A DNA stretch of 64,000 nucleotides, from assembly GCF_963921235.1 (NCBI RefSeq), contig NC_086097.1, positions 222,768,001 through 222,832,000 of the forward strand, read 5' to 3'. The DNA comes from Mobula hypostoma (Eukaryota). A program made the position numbers and the translations under genes. The number at the start of each line of letters is the position of its first letter. Position 1 is the stretch's first letter. Under the pieces are notes generated by a model. It saw nothing but the letters and a program-made list of their open reading frames with translations, did no database searches and was not told the origin of the DNA. Shown here piece by piece: positions 1 to 13,522 of the stretch.

Positions 1-310
1 AATTGCTAAATACCAGTGGACATCCTTTTAAGGTGAGTAGAGAAAAGTTTAGGGAGGGTGTCAGAGGTAAGATTTTTTTTTTTACACAGAGGGTGGTAAG
101 TACTTTAAATGCACCACAGGGGATGGTGGTGGACACTAATACATCAGGGACATATTAAAGCCTTTTTAGATAAGCGCCTTGATGAAAGAAAATGAAGAGT
201 TGTGGGTTCTTTATGAGGGAAGGATTGGATTAGATTTGATTAGGTTAGAAGGAAGGCAGAACATTGTGGGCCAAAAGACCCATGCAGTGCTGTACTGTTC
301 TTGTATTCTA
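1..310 (+). mobile_element. Decayed CR1 LINE 3' end
   Basis: ttttacacagagggtggt... and a 3' UTR gtgggccaaa...gtgctgtactgttct shared with other CR1 copies in the window. Confidence 0.7.
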
Positions 311-956
311 ATAAGCGTACTGATGGCTGTAATCTTACGATACTCCTTAAATACTGGGGTTGTTCCACAGCGGTGCAAAAGCTGCATCCTTGTAAAAGGG
401 TAAAGGTGAAATAAGATATGAAAAATGTAGAATTTTCTGACAAATCAGTGACTGGTGCATTTTGCTAGTAATATCCTGTGATGGGTGTTTTTAAAAGTTG
501 AGTAGGAATGAAGAAAGATGTATCTAAGTCCTTGAATGTGACAGCTTAGATTGACAAAGTATTTGTTGCTAGTCTGCCCTATTCAACCACATGTCTACAT
601 CCTAGATGCCCGTCATTACTATCTTCACTGCTTTATCACATTCCCAAGATCTGTCTCATCTGAGCATTTTTAAATGATTCTCTGTACACCTATTCAAATC
701 ATTTACAAGTAAATCATTGGTCTTCATAACTGTTGTTGACTTCACAAAGGTTAATAATTTGGAGACAAAAGTACAAATGTAAGGTGGTTATGTGGAAAGC
801 TAAAGAAATCTGTTTAGTTTAGGTCACCACATCCTAGGCTGGAATGGTTATTACCCCTCAACCATCAAGCTGTTGAATCAAGGAATAAACTCAACTTCAC
901 CCACCCCGTCAGTGAACGGTCTCCACTGAACTGGGCTCATTTTCAAGGACTCTTCA

Positions 957-2011
957 AAGTTCAAAGTACATTTATTATCGAAGTATGTATATCCATTATA
1001 CAACCTTATAGGCAACTACAAAACAAAGAACCCCAAAAGAACCCATTTAAAAAGACCATCAAACCTCAATTGCACAGAGGGGTGGGGGTGGGAACACAAA
1101 TCGTGCCAACAATACATTAAACAATTAGCATTCAGAGCTGAAATTTTACGAAAGACACAAAGCCAGGCAGCTCTGTAGCTGGAGCCTCAGTTCATCACCA
1201 AACCAAGTAAATGTCATGAGACCACAGACTTGAAGCTAGGAATCACTGAAGCCAGAGCAGGCCACAACAATAATAGACAATAGGTGCAGGAGTAGGCCAT
1301 TCAGCCCTTCGAGCCAGCAACACCATTCACTGTGATCATGGCTGATCATCCACAATCAGTACCCTTTTCCTGCCTTCTCCCCATATCCCTTCACTCCGCT
1401 ATCTTTAAGAGCTCTATCTAACTCTTTTTTGAAAGAATCTAGAGAATTGGCCTCCACTGCCTTCTGAGGCAGAGCATTCAACCTCGCTTCAGCTGGGTAA
1501 ATATCATAGAGCAGAGCCTGGACCCTGCTGCCACAACTCGGCCATATCCAACCTTTCTAATTCGGCCCGGCATTTAAATCAATCAAACACCAGGACTTCC
1601 CTTGCTCCTGCCACCTCTGCCTCCGCCATGCCTCCACCTGCCTTAAGCATGCCTCACCTGTGCCTCTGCCAGCACTTGTCTCACCATTGAGATGCAGCGC
1701 AGAGCGTCATAGGAAGTCATTCCTGCCTGTGGCCATCAAACTTTACCACTCCTCCCTTGGAGGGTCAGACACCCTGAGCCGATAGGCTGGTTTACTGGCA
1801 TAATTTACATATTACTATTTAACTATTTATGGTTCTATTACTATTTATTATTTATAGTGCAACTGTAACAAAAACCAATTTCCCCTGGGATCAATAAAGT
1901 ATGACTATGATTGTTGGCGGTGATCGTTATTAATAAGATGTTTAATAGTTTTCATTCTTTTGTATTTTGCCACCAGTAAGTAGTCGCTGGGCATCAACAG
2001 CACCATCATAA
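957..2011 (-). mobile_element. Non-autonomous LINE-like element flanked by a 9-bp TSD, carrying two nested inserts
   Basis: GACTCTTCA at 948-956 and 2012-2020. It splits a Rex/L2-type 3' end (about 830-2245). It contains a reverse CR1 tail (about 1270-1480) and a Rex/L2 tail (about 1690-1910). Confidence 0.6.
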
Positions 2012-2309
2012 GACTCTTCATCTTGTATTCTTTATTGCTTATGTATTTATCATTATTATTTATTTTTTCTCTTTTTATATTTTCATAGTTTGTTTTTTTT
2101 AGAACATTGGTTGTTCACCCTGTTGGATATAGTCTTTCATTGATTCTATTGTGTTTCTTGTTTTTACTGTGATTGCAAGAAAATGAATTTCAGAGTTGTA
2201 TGTAGTGACATATATGTACTTTAGTAATAAATTCACTTTGAACTGTGATAAAATGCACTATTTTACACCATTGTGTTAGAGATGAAGATCTTGGTTGTGA
2301 CAAGTTACA

Positions 2310-3200
2310 GTATGTAACATAGAATTAGGACATTTTAGTTGTACATATGCATGCTGACCACTGAGCACCCACCCATTTTAATCTCATCTCTTGGCATTTG
2401 CAATAGCTTTTTATTCTTTAGCAATTCAACTGCTTGTCCAGACTTAAATGTCAGTAACTGTTTTGACCACCCCTCTTTAGGCAGTGTATTTGAGTTACTA
2501 GCACTCTCTTCGTGATAAAGGTATAAGGGTAAAGGTTTCCCGCAGTCTATTCTATGTATACCCTTCATGATTCTATACCTCAATCATGTACCTTTTTAAT
2601 ATCTCTGCTCCAGGGAAAGCAAACCTAAACTTTACAGTCTGGAAAAGTTCCGTCCCATACAGTATTCTGGTGAATGCCCTCTGCAACCTCTCCAGCAATA
2701 TCGCATCCTTCCTATAGCACGGTGATCAGAACTGTACAAGGTGTTCAAGCTGAGATCTTATCAATGTCTCATAAATTTGGAGTATAAATCTCTGTGCCTT
2801 TCTATTCACTGTCCAGTAACCAGTCGACCGCCTTAAGCATTTTATCTTCCTGCACCGCAACCTTTAAGGAAGTTTAAACATCCTTCGGTTCTGCAGTGCT
2901 CCCTAGCACTATTCATGGTGCATATGTTAGCCGCCTTAATCCTTCCAGAATACTGCATCAATTCCCATCTGCCATTTTCCAGTCTGTTTCATATCAACAG
3001 CCTAAGACTGCAATCCACATGTCAACAACTCCATCAGTCTTCATGTCATCAGTAAATTTACTGATCATCCAAATCGTTATAAATAGCAGGGGTACCAAGT
3101 TCCAGTTCCTGTGGAGCACCGCTGGTCACAGCCATCCAATCACAAAAATAACCCTTCATCAATACCCTTGGTCCCAAAATTGGCTTGGCAATTTTTGATA
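2310..3200 (-). mobile_element. Highly decayed CR1 RT / 3' fragment
   Basis: Patchy similarity to the C-terminal CR1 ORF2 sequence elsewhere in the window. Confidence 0.5.
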
Positions 3201-3599
3201 ACGTTTTAGGTAGATGGGAAAATTGAAATTTTTGAAGAATCCAACTTAAGGTTTTATTTTATAAGGAGGCATTGTTCCCATTGGCAGAAGGGCTGAAACT
3301 TAATCAGCTTGTCATCAAAATTGAAATCATGAGCATAAGTTTTAAATTAACTTCTGCCCTTTTGAAACAAATAACTAGATAGTAGCCAGGGTTAGGAAAT
3401 ATAGCTTTCTGCTACAATCATGTTAGTTTCTGGTTGTGCATTGCATAAATACTGGGGCTGTAATAAAATGTGGATGAGGGCACGAATCCTGTACTGTGTC
3501 AATAAGTACAGTTTGGCTGGGGGGGAAGCCCTTTTTCATTGAATGTTTTTCAAATTATTTGAGAGTTTCCTTATAACCCACTCTCTTTGTTTGCTGCAG

Positions 3600-3659
3600 T
3601 GGGGATTTATTGCAAGACATTGATGAAGAGTTGAATAACACAGAATCTAATATGAAAAG
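3600..3659 (+). CDS. TERF1: TERF1 internal 60-nt coding exon (linker), phase 2/2, GDLLQDIDEELNNTESNMKR
   Basis: Pyrimidine tract and acceptor (ctctctttgtttgctgcag) before 3600, donor gtttgt at 3660. The frame is open and its phase joins the 4345 exon. Confidence 0.7.
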
Positions 3660-4344
3660 GTTTGTTATGATTGTATGATTTTTTTTGTATTGTATTTTCT
3701 ATTCGGACATGTTAAATAGACTTGAAAATTGTGCATTCTCACTGAAGCACTGGGACCAAAAAATTAATGGGGGTTTTTCCCCACTTTTTCTTGCTTAGCA
3801 GGGTTTTGTTTTATTATCACCAAAAATTTTTCAATCTTTAAAATAATGTTTTTTTTCTTGAGACATTGTAAGTGTTGCTTACTTCGATGTACTCGTGTTA
3901 ATTTTGCATAATAATAATATTTGAAAAGAAAATTAATGTGACAAACAGAGTTTTAAATTGTAATCTGGGTATGTTTAAGGTTTACTGCTTTTAGATTGCT
4001 CCTTTTAAAGAAAACACATGGGGTTAAAGTGGCATTTATCCATTTCACTTTCCCATTACTGTAGTACATGAGAAATTAACATTATTTGTTCATTAGTGCC
4101 TTGCTTTTTGCTTTGTTCTTGATGATATAAAATTTTTCTTACGTTAATAATCACTTTTAAAACAATTGTTTTTGATAACAGTTACTAAATTAATCCCAGT
4201 TAATTTATGGTTTTATAATCTGTCCCTGGCTAGGTTTTGCTTTATTATTGATGTGTTTGCTGCTTTGGCCTTCTTTCCTCAAACTTAGTAAAGGTAACTG
4301 TTACTTTACACTAAAGTTATAATATGAAGGACATTTTATTGCAG

Positions 4345-4448
4345 ATCCAAAAAGCGACTTTACAGTTTTTCTCATCACAAAGAGCTGAAACCATTAAAAT
4401 TTGAATCAACTGAAGATTTCTTGAGGAAAAGAAAATCATCTTGGAAGG
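4345..4448 (+). CDS. TERF1: TERF1 coding exon (basic linker) SKKRLYSFSHHKELKPLKFESTEDFLRKRKSSWK
   Basis: Acceptor ttttattgcag, donor gtatgt. 104 nt, phase 2 in and phase 1 out, compatible with both flanking exons. Confidence 0.75.
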
Positions 4449-5725
4449 GTATGTTAATCAACGTGCCTTGATCAATTTTGATATTTATTAATCTGATTAC
4501 CCCAATAATTGCTGCTACTTCTATTTCTAACTGTATCTTACAATTTGAATAGAATCCCTGGTGTAGATCTGCAAAGTTTATAGAAATAACTTCTGACAGA
4601 GAGGAATAAATTTGCAAAATGAGTATCACAAGTTATGACCAGTTGGTATTCTGCATATCATGGCTAATAAAAGGATTTATTGAATGATGTTCCACAGGGT
4701 ATACTTTATGATCTTTTCTGGACATTATTGACTAACTTCATATCATTGTGTTCTATTTTTATTTGTTCTCTTAGGAAAATAGCTTTTGTCAGTAGGCCTT
4801 TTATCCAAGCTTCCAAAATGCATGTCCAAACCTTATTAAACTAGAATTACTATCTTGCAGTTACATTTTTTCTTGCTTACCCTGTAGAAAGTAATTGGGC
4901 CACTTGGCAGCTGTTCAGTCAGATGATGGAAATCAGGAGTTTTACTGTAAATGCTGTAAATTGTGCCTGTGGCCCAGAAGGTTTAAATACTCTGTAAAAG
5001 AGTAAGAATGAAGGATGCTGCCTTCATGTTCTACTCCTGTGATTGTAGGGTGCTGTAAATAGCAATAAAATGAGGGATTAGTTATTCTGTTTTGTGGTAT
5101 TGATTGACAACAGGCTGGCTGTCGAGTGAACTTTTTAAAAACAGCTTCAAGGGGCTTTTGCATTTTCATATTAAAGTAGACAAAGACTACGATTTAATAC
5201 ATCTTTTCAAAGCTGGCAAATCAAAATGTACAAGACTGAGGTCACTTTGTCTTAAGGAATGTGACACTCAGTTTCTTGCACAAATGAAGTAGGATTTCAG
5301 TTTCACTGATCTGTACTGTGTAGGATTTAGACCAGGCTGCATGGCACTCTCAATTTTCCATTCAGGACTTTCCTGATTTCTATCTTGCCACTGAAAGGAA
5401 AACGAAGCAGATGTTAATCATCTCTTAGCAGAGGATGTGCGAGAGTCTATTTATTCTGTTTGTGACATGTAATAGCTACAGCAATACTGATACAGATCAC
5501 CTCACCATGGAAATGGTGAAGATTGCTGAAACACAGGAAATGAACAGTTGAACTAAGCTTGAAATGCATAAAATACACAGGTGGCCAAATCACAACACTG
5601 TTGAAGCATCTTAGCATACAGAAACTGCGGTGTTTGTGTTAGAATTGGCATTGCAAATATCCACTGAAATCATGTGTGCGGAAAAGTAAAGTCCTTTCAA
5701 ACATTAACAGTTCTTTCTATTACAG

Positions 5726-5811
5726 AGAAGAGAATCACGAGTACTGGTCATCTGGTGAAAATTAAAAAGAAAAGTATGTCAATTAATTCGGATGTTCCAA
5801 GGAAGAGAAGA
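5726..5811 (+). CDS. TERF1: TERF1 penultimate coding exon ending ...SDVPRKRR
   Basis: Acceptor ttctttctattacag, donor gtaagt. 86 nt, ending in phase 0 with RKRR, which joins PWLWEED of the last exon (compare human TRF1 RKRQAWLWEED). Confidence 0.85.
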
Positions 5812-5939
5812 GTAAGTAACTTTAAAAATATCTATGCTGTATGAAGCTAAATTTGTATCATTAAAACTATTAGAGCAAACACTCTTCCTCTTAAGAGCAG
5901 TATTGGAGTTGTTTTGAAGGAGAGAAAGATTATTTAAGT

Positions 5940-8180
5940 AAAATAAATTTATTATCAAAGTACATACGTCACTGTGTGCAGCCCTGAGATTCGTTTTCTT
6001 GCAGGCCTACTCAGTAAGTCCAACAACACAATGTGCAAAAAATAAGCTGTGCAAATACAAAAAATAATGATCATAAATAAATAACCGAGAACATCTGATG
6101 AAGAGTCCATAGGTTGTGGGAACGGTTGTGTGATGTGCGAGTGAAGTTATCCCCGATGATAGTTAAGGAGTGATAACTTTTCCTGAGCGTGGTGCTGTGG
6201 ATCCTGAGGCTTCTGTACCTTTTTCTTGATGGCAGCAGCAAGAAGGGAGCATGTCCTGGGTGGTGGAGATCCATGATGGTGGATGCTACTTCACAGCTTC
6301 AAGTTCCTCCTCGGCATCCACAACACCGAGGACCTTGCGTGTTCTGCAGACGCCAGTTGTGTGGTGAAAAAGGCACAACAGTGCCTCGTTCACCTCAGAC
6401 GGTTGCGGAAGTTTGGTACGGGCTCCCAAATCCTAAGAACTTTGTACAGGGGCCCAATTGAGAGCATCCTGACTGGCTGCACCACTGCCTGGTATGGGAA
6501 CTGAAGCTCCCGTAATCGCAGGACTCTGCAGAGAGTGGTGCGGACAGCCCAGCGTATCTGTAGCTGTGAACTTCCCATGATTCAGGACATTTACGAGGAC
6601 AGGTGTGTAAAAAGATCCTGTAGGATCACTGGGGACCCAAGCCATCCCAACCACAATCTATTCCAGCTGTTACCATCTGGGAGGCAATACTGCAGCATAA
6701 AAGCCAGGACCAACAGGCTCCAGGACGGCTTCTTCACCAGTCCTTCAGACTGATGAACTCACGCTGATTTGAGTGTACTTTCTATTACATTGACTGTTCT
6801 ATCTATTATAAATTACAATGATTGCACATTGCACATTTAGACGGAAACGTAACGTAAAGATTCTTACTCCTCATATATGTGAAGGATGTAAGAAATAAAG
6901 TCAATTCAATTCAGTTCAGTTCCATATACATGTGCTCAGTGGTGGAGATAGTTTACCTGTGATGGACTGGGCCATATCCACCACTTTTTGTAGGACTTTC
7001 TGTTCAGGGGCATTGGTGTTTCCATACCCGGCCATGATGCAACCAGTCGCCACACATCTGTAGAAGTTTATCAAAGTTTTAGATGTCATACCGAATCTTT
7101 GCAAACATCTGAGGAAGTAGAGCTGCCGTGCTTTCTTCGTTGATGCACTTGCATGCTGAGCTCAGGACAGAGCCTCTCTGAAATTGATAACATTGAGAAA
7201 TTTGCTGACCCTCACCACCTCTGATCTCCTGATGAGGACTGGCTAATAGACCTCTAGTTTCGTCCTCCTAAAGTTAATAATCAGCTCCTTGGTCTTGCTG
7301 ACATTGAGTAAGAGGTTGTCGTGGCGCCACTCAGCCAGATTTTCAGTCTCCTTCCCATTTGCTGATTCATCACCACCTTTGATTCAGCCAATGACAGCGG
7401 TGTTGTCAGCAAACTTTAGTATGGCGTTGGAGCTGTGATTAGCCTCACTGTCATAGTATAAAGCAAGTAGAGCAGGGGCCCAAACACTCAGCCGTGTGGT
7501 ACACCTGTGCCAATGGAGATTGTCTAGGAGATGTTATAATCAATTCGAACTTACTGGAGTGTACAAGTGAGGAAATCGAGGATTCAATTTCACAAGGAGG
7601 TATTGATTCCAAGTTCTTGATGCTTAATGATTAGTATTGAGGGGATGATAGTATTGAAGCTGCGTTTGATAAAGAGCATCTTTGTTGTCCAGATGTTCCA
7701 GGGATGAGTGAAGACCCAGTGAAATAGCATTTGCTGTGGACCTGTTATGACAGTAGGTAAACTAGAGCAGATCCAAGTTACTTCTCAGTCGAGAGTTGAA
7801 GTGCTTCATCACCAACCTCTCAAAGCACTACATCACAGTGATGCTAATGATGATAGTCATTAAGGCAAGTTACCATTTTCTTCTTGGGCACCAGTATAAT
7901 TAAAGCATGCTCGAAACAGGCGGGCACCTTAAATTGCAGAAGTGAGAGGTTAAAGATATCGGTGAATACTTCAGCCAGTTGTCCAGCACAGGTCTTTAGT
8001 AATCAGCCAGGTACTCCATCTGGGCCAGATGCTTTCCTTAGGTTCACCCTGCTGAAGAATGTTGTCCTGCTTTCCTCAGAGACTGAAATCACAGGGTCAT
8101 AGTGGGCGTGGGAGTTCCTTCATGCTTTGATGGTGAAACTGAGCATAGAGGGCATTGAGCTCATCTGGGAGTGAAGCTTT
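5940..8180 (-). mobile_element. Decayed Rex1/Babar- or L2-type LINE (RT region), interrupted by a nested copy
   Basis: ORF remnants such as RFGMTSKTLINFYRC...WYGN-type motifs. RT-like sequence continues to about 8180. Confidence 0.65.
6290..6915 (+). mobile_element. Rex/L2-type LINE 3' fragment inserted into the opposite-strand element
   Basis: VVKKAQQCLVHLRRLRKFG...IESILTGCTTAWYGN...DPSHPNHNLFQLLPSGR, then AATAAA and an (aattc)n tail. Confidence 0.75.
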
Positions 8181-11100
8181 GTTGTCACCTATGTCACTAC
8201 TGTCTTTATAAGTTGCAGTTGTAATATTCAACTATCCAAATAGCTTTTTTTAGAACACTACTATTTGGAGGTAAAATTAAAAAGAGGTTTATATCTGAAA
8301 TGTGCCACATATTTAAATATGCATAGCTTTAGGAGATTATTTGTAGAAAATCTGTCGTAATCAGTAAAATCTGACTGGAATTAAACACAGTATGCACATG
8401 AAATTTTAGAAGGCTGTGGCATGTTCTTTTTCAACATTAATCTGAAGGTTTGTGCGATTACGTGTCAACAAAGTGTGGTATTTGTCCTATGTTAGTTTAA
8501 TGTTGGATTTTTTCCATAATAGTCTGTGATTAAATGTCTCATTGTCTTCATCCAGTGCATGTATAATTTTGTGTCAATTATGTTTAAAGTTATTCCAGTT
8601 GAATTATTAGGAAAAGTTGTGATTTCAAATGTAATTTGTTATTTTTCCAACTAAAATCCTTTTTATCTATGCTCAAGTGCTTCTTTTGTTTGAATAGCTT
8701 GTGCATCATAATATTTCATAGTTTTTTATTTCACTAGATATTTTTAAGAACAAAAGCAAATGTTATTGACCCAAAACTGCATGTGATGTCCTGCCCAAAG
8801 CTTACACAGTAAGGTGTTTGTTCTCAGAGCAATATTTTACTAGACCATGCCTTGCGAGTTACTAGTTGAGTGTTATATTTCTGACGTTAAGTTATGGAGC
8901 CCAGCTTAACTCCTTTGTTAGTAGAATAATGAATAAACAGGCAATATGAAAATGGCCTAATCCTACTGGTGCTTATTGTTGAATTGAAATGTGACTTGGC
9001 TTGCTGAAATAAATAGCTTTCTCTGTTCTTGATATGCCCTGTCTGTGCATGGATGAAAGCCCTCGTTTGCTCTCTCAACCCTATTCTCACCACCTGCAGT
9101 TTCCTCTCCAGGTCTTCATGTTAACCTCAAGCTCATTGACTGTTTCCACTCCTCAAGAATTTATAACTTTCCCTTCAAATCTATTCCAAGAAAAAAATTG
9201 TCGTTCCTCCATTATCACCCATTCCTCTCAGCCTGGAACCGCCATTCCTCCAATGCATTTAACTTCCTCTAATTGGGCCCCTACTCTGCTGAGGCAATAA
9301 TTAAAGCGTTGTTAAGGTGATGCTGAGGAGTGAACAGGTAGACCTAATCTAATTTTCCCTGAGTTCAGAAGAACAAATAAAACATTTAAAATTCTGAAGG
9401 AGTTTGATTAGATGGTTGCTCTGTGGGTATGCACTTACCTGTAGAGAATAAAACTTGAGGTTACATTTTCAGAATTTCTTCAAGTGATCCTGAATCTCTG
9501 CAGTTTTCTTCTGTAAGTATTGTAGATGCTCCCTCATTAACTAATTAAATAGATCTTTGCATATTAATGGATGAGAACACTGCAAAAAGATTAGCTTGAG
9601 ACATTTTGGTAATACATTACCAAAACCTTAATGTATTACTGAGGGATAGAAATGTCTCCTTGCTTCTTTTCTTGTTTCCTCCTTTATTTTTGACATACTT
9701 AACTGTACATGCCACTTCCAACGTATCCCCTCTTTGTTAAGCTAACTGAGACTGCTCTTGCTTAGTTTTATATCAGCCTATGCAGTTGTGGCTAGAGAAT
9801 TGTCTGTACCAGCATCTTCTCCTGCACTTGCATTTCCCATATGGTCTCCTGTATTTCTTATTTGAGAATATCTTTTGAAGCCTCAGTGTCAGGATCCGCC
9901 AATACTCTGGCACCAGTAGTGGTTGCATCCCAGTGCTACCACGTTTCATGACTCCAATGCTGATAATTTGTCAAATTATTTGCCTGTCTCTGAAACCTGC
10001 CAGGCAGAAATTACCTCTCGAGTCTTTTACGTTTAACCAGCTAAATTTGAAAACAATTAGCAGCAACGCTTCAGAGAAAATCATTATCTTCTTTGCATCT
10101 GGACCAATTCACTTAATGCTATGTCCCTTAGAATTTTTTAATTTTTTCTTTGCAACATTTTTTCTGGCTTCAGAGTTGATATAGATTCTTCCCTTTTTTA
10201 TACTATTTCAGGTATATTTTATTTCTCCCTCTTATTAATGCAGAATAAATATAACTTCACTACTCTTTGGCCTGTGAGTTGGTGATCAAGGCACAACTAC
10301 ATGTTATTCATAACTGTAGATATCTTTATTAGATTACTCTTTAATTTCTCCTCTGCAGATAGATCCTCTTTTCTTGTGTAAAGCTTCGTCCCTGGTTTTA
10401 CTTTAATGATTTTCTTCTTCCTTGATCTAGGCCTGGTTATTCATGCCAAGTACCAAAGACCAGGCATGACAACCTAACGGGGGGGGGGGGGGCTTAATCA
10501 TTATAAATTATCTTTTTTTATGTATATTTTATGCCCCTTTTATAAAACACTAGGATTTTTGTGCATCTTTATCAATTAGTCATCCTATCTTTTGAAGACA
10601 TTTGTATATTTGAATCCCAGTTCCTTGCTACTGTAAGTCTATCCTTGTATTTCTATTTATATTATGATGTTTATTAATTCCTCAGTTATTGCTTTGTATT
10701 TTCGTGTTGTTTATCTGCCCAAACTTTAAACACTTCTACACTTACCTGAAGATTTGTTATCTCCACGTTCCATTTTTATTTGATATCATATTCACTACAC
10801 ACACTCACTCACTCACTCCATGTATGAAATGAGCAAAGATCCTAGAATTGAGTTCTGAAGAGAAACATCACTAATCACCTTCCTCCCTTGGACAAAAAAA
10901 TCAATAGCCACTAACCTATGGTCCCTCCTTCCTTTGCACAAAAAAATTCTGACATGATACTAGAAGACTCATGGCAAAGGTATATTTAGTCATTATAAAT
11001 TATTGATTTCTACAACATTAATAACACTTTACAGCACCAAGGGTACAGTGGTCCAGAAGGGCAATTGCAATAGAAATAAGAATTGTAAATTAATAAACTT

Positions 11101-11389
11101 TTCTAATAAAAATTTTCTGAAAAAATTGATGAAGAGGTACAAAGAGCCAAACTTGATAGAAATTAACTTAAATATTCCTATCTAATTCTCTTCAGCTAAG
11201 TAAGAATCTTTGAGGATCATCCTTTGGTAACTCTCTGTGTGCAAAAGTTCTGCAAGGTGCTGCTCAAATTTTCCAATTTTTATTTGTCCTAATATTTCCA
11301 ATTTTCACAGCAGAAAACATAAATGCTTGCTTTTGTTTTGCCCAATCTCTTTATCTTGAATATTGCAGCTTGTTATCTCAGAACCTTTA

Positions 11390-12777
11390 CAGTGCTTTGT
11401 AAAAGTTTTCAGCCACATGAAAAACTAAGAAATCAAAACCGGAAATGTCAGCAGTTCAAAGGTATTCATCCACCTTTACTCAGTACTTAGTTTAACCACC
11501 TCTTGCACCTATTACAGCCAGTAGTATTTTTGGATAAGTATCTATTTTACACAATGTGATGGAAAAAGATTGCCCATTGCTCCTTACAAAATTGCTCAAG
11601 CTGAGCCTAGTTAATTATAGAGTAGCAGTAGACAGCAAACTTGTGGTCTTGCCAGAGATGTTCAGTTGGGTTAAGGTCAAGTCTCTGACTGGGCTACTCA
11701 AGGACGTCAACTTTCTTCATTTGAAGCTACCACATAGTTGCTTTATCACTGCTTCGGGGTTGTTGTCCTGCTGAAAGATGAATTTCCTCCCTGGTTTATG
11801 TTTTCTGGCAGAGATTAGCTGGTTTTTATCCAGGATCCCTCTGTATTTAGCAGCATTTATTCTCCCATCCGTCCTGTCCAGATTTCCAGTCCCTGCAGCT
11901 GAAAAGCATCCCCATAGCATGACGCTAACTCCACCATACTTTACAGTAGGGATGGTGTTGCCTGGCGGATGCATAAATCTAATACTGTGCCATATGTACT
12001 CCTTAATGTTGAGGCCAAAAAGTTCCACTTTAGTCTCATCTTCCACAGGACCTTCCAGATCTTTACTGTATCTTCTAAGTGACGCGTTGAAAATTCTGTC
12101 TGGGCAAGGATATTTTTTTAAGCCAGAGCTGCTTCGTTGCCACTTCCATTAGTACCCTTTTTGTGCAAGGCCTTGGAGACTGTGGAGCCATGAACTTCAT
12201 CTCCAGTTGCAGCCATGGTTTTCTGCTGCTCACTCAGAGTGACGTGGTGTCACAGCAGCCTCTCTTTGGCATAGTGACTGTGATTTTATATTTTTTCCAC
12301 AAGTTCAGGATGGACTGCACTGAGCTCTGAGTTATGTTCAGTGCCTTTGAGATGGTCTTGTACTCCAGGTTTGTGGGTCTCTATTATCATTTCACTGACT
12401 TGCCTTGAATGCTCCTTTGTCTTCATTTTGGTTTGGTCTTTTGAAAATCTACTCTACTGTTGAACCTTGAAGAGAGGAGTATTTATTCTGATGATCCACA
12501 TCAACAAATTTGGTGAACTGATAAGGTAATATACAGTATTTTACCTGAGGAAAGTTAGCGTAGTAATTACAAAGGGGTTGAATATTTTTTTTCAGCCTCA
12601 TCATTTTGGTTTTTAATTTGTAGTAAATTGTTGACAGGTTTCGGAACTTTTATTTTGATTTGACATGATGCACAGTGTTTTGTCAATCAGGTCAAAAATA
12701 TCGTATTTTCAGTTAGAAAATGAGACAGTAAAATGTGAAAATAATTGTGGGGGCTGAATACTTTTTTCAAGGCACTA
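11390..12777 (-). mobile_element. Degenerate Tc1-like DNA transposon in the last TERF1 intron
   Basis: TA-flanked terminal inverted repeats (CAGTGCTTTGTAAAAG / CTTTTTTCAAGGCACTA). Transposase remnant DETKVELFG...PTVKYGGVSVMLWGCFSAAG...FQQDN. Confidence 0.88.
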
Positions 12778-12869
12778 TATAAGGAAACCTCATACTTTTT
12801 TAAAAAGCTGGAAGTAAAAGGTGAAGTGCAAAATGCAAACTTGTAATATTTTGGAGTTGGCATTTTCTC

Positions 12870-13105
12870 TCTCTAGCTGCGTGGATTTTCTCCTGATGCT
12901 CTGGTTTCCTCCTATATCCCAAAAGATGTGCAGGTTGATAAGTTAATTGACAGCTGAAATTGCCCGAAGAACAACAAATGGTGAATCTGGGAAGTGGGAA
13001 AGAGAGGGGTTGATGGGAGTAAAGAAGATGAGTATAAAATGTGTGCTTAATGGTCTGTATACCTGCCATGGCTAAAGGGCTGTTCCCATCCTGTCTGACT
13101 CTATA
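12870..13105 (+). mobile_element. Decayed V-SINE/HE1-like SINE fragment
   Basis: gctgcgtggattttctcctgatgctctggtttcctcc core followed by a CR1-like tail. Confidence 0.5.
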
Positions 13106-13345
13106 GTAAGTATCTACGGTAAGTTTTGTATAGAAAATAGCTCTGCAGGCTTGGCAGTTATTATATGGGGTATGTCAAAATTAAAACTACTGGTCACATG
13201 CAGTTATTTCTTTACTCTTCTTTATTTTATTTCCCTGTGCCTAATCTCTTCCCAGTCGATATAACATAAATTTTTTAAGGTTGACTTTCATGTCTGTAAA
13301 GAACTGCATTTCAAAATTGTATTTAAAGACATCTTTATTTTAAAG

Positions 13346-13522
13346 CCTTGGCTATGGGAAGAAGATACGAAACTAAAAGAAGGAGTAAGAAAATTTGGGC
13401 TTGGAAATTGGACCAAAATTTTGGAGCACTACGAGTTCGACAGTCGTACTAGTGTCATGCTAAAGGACAGATGGAGAACAATGAAAAAGCTTCATATGGT
13501 CCACTCTGATGAAGAGAGCTGA
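13346..13522 (+). CDS. TERF1: TERF1 last coding exon: telobox Myb DNA-binding domain
   Basis: Translates to [64 protein letters not shown] and [16 protein letters not shown] are TRF1 signatures. Acceptor tttattttaaag. Confidence 0.95.
   Translation, partial: PWLWEEDTKLKEGVRKFGLGNWTKILEHYEFDSRTSVMLKDRWRTMKKLHMVHSDEES

Noticed and set aside
10478..10492. Poly-G run (others at about 15625 and poly-C at about 41755)
   Set aside because: Simple homopolymers with no evidence of function, and their length is error-prone. I saw no telomeric TTAGGG arrays near TERF1.
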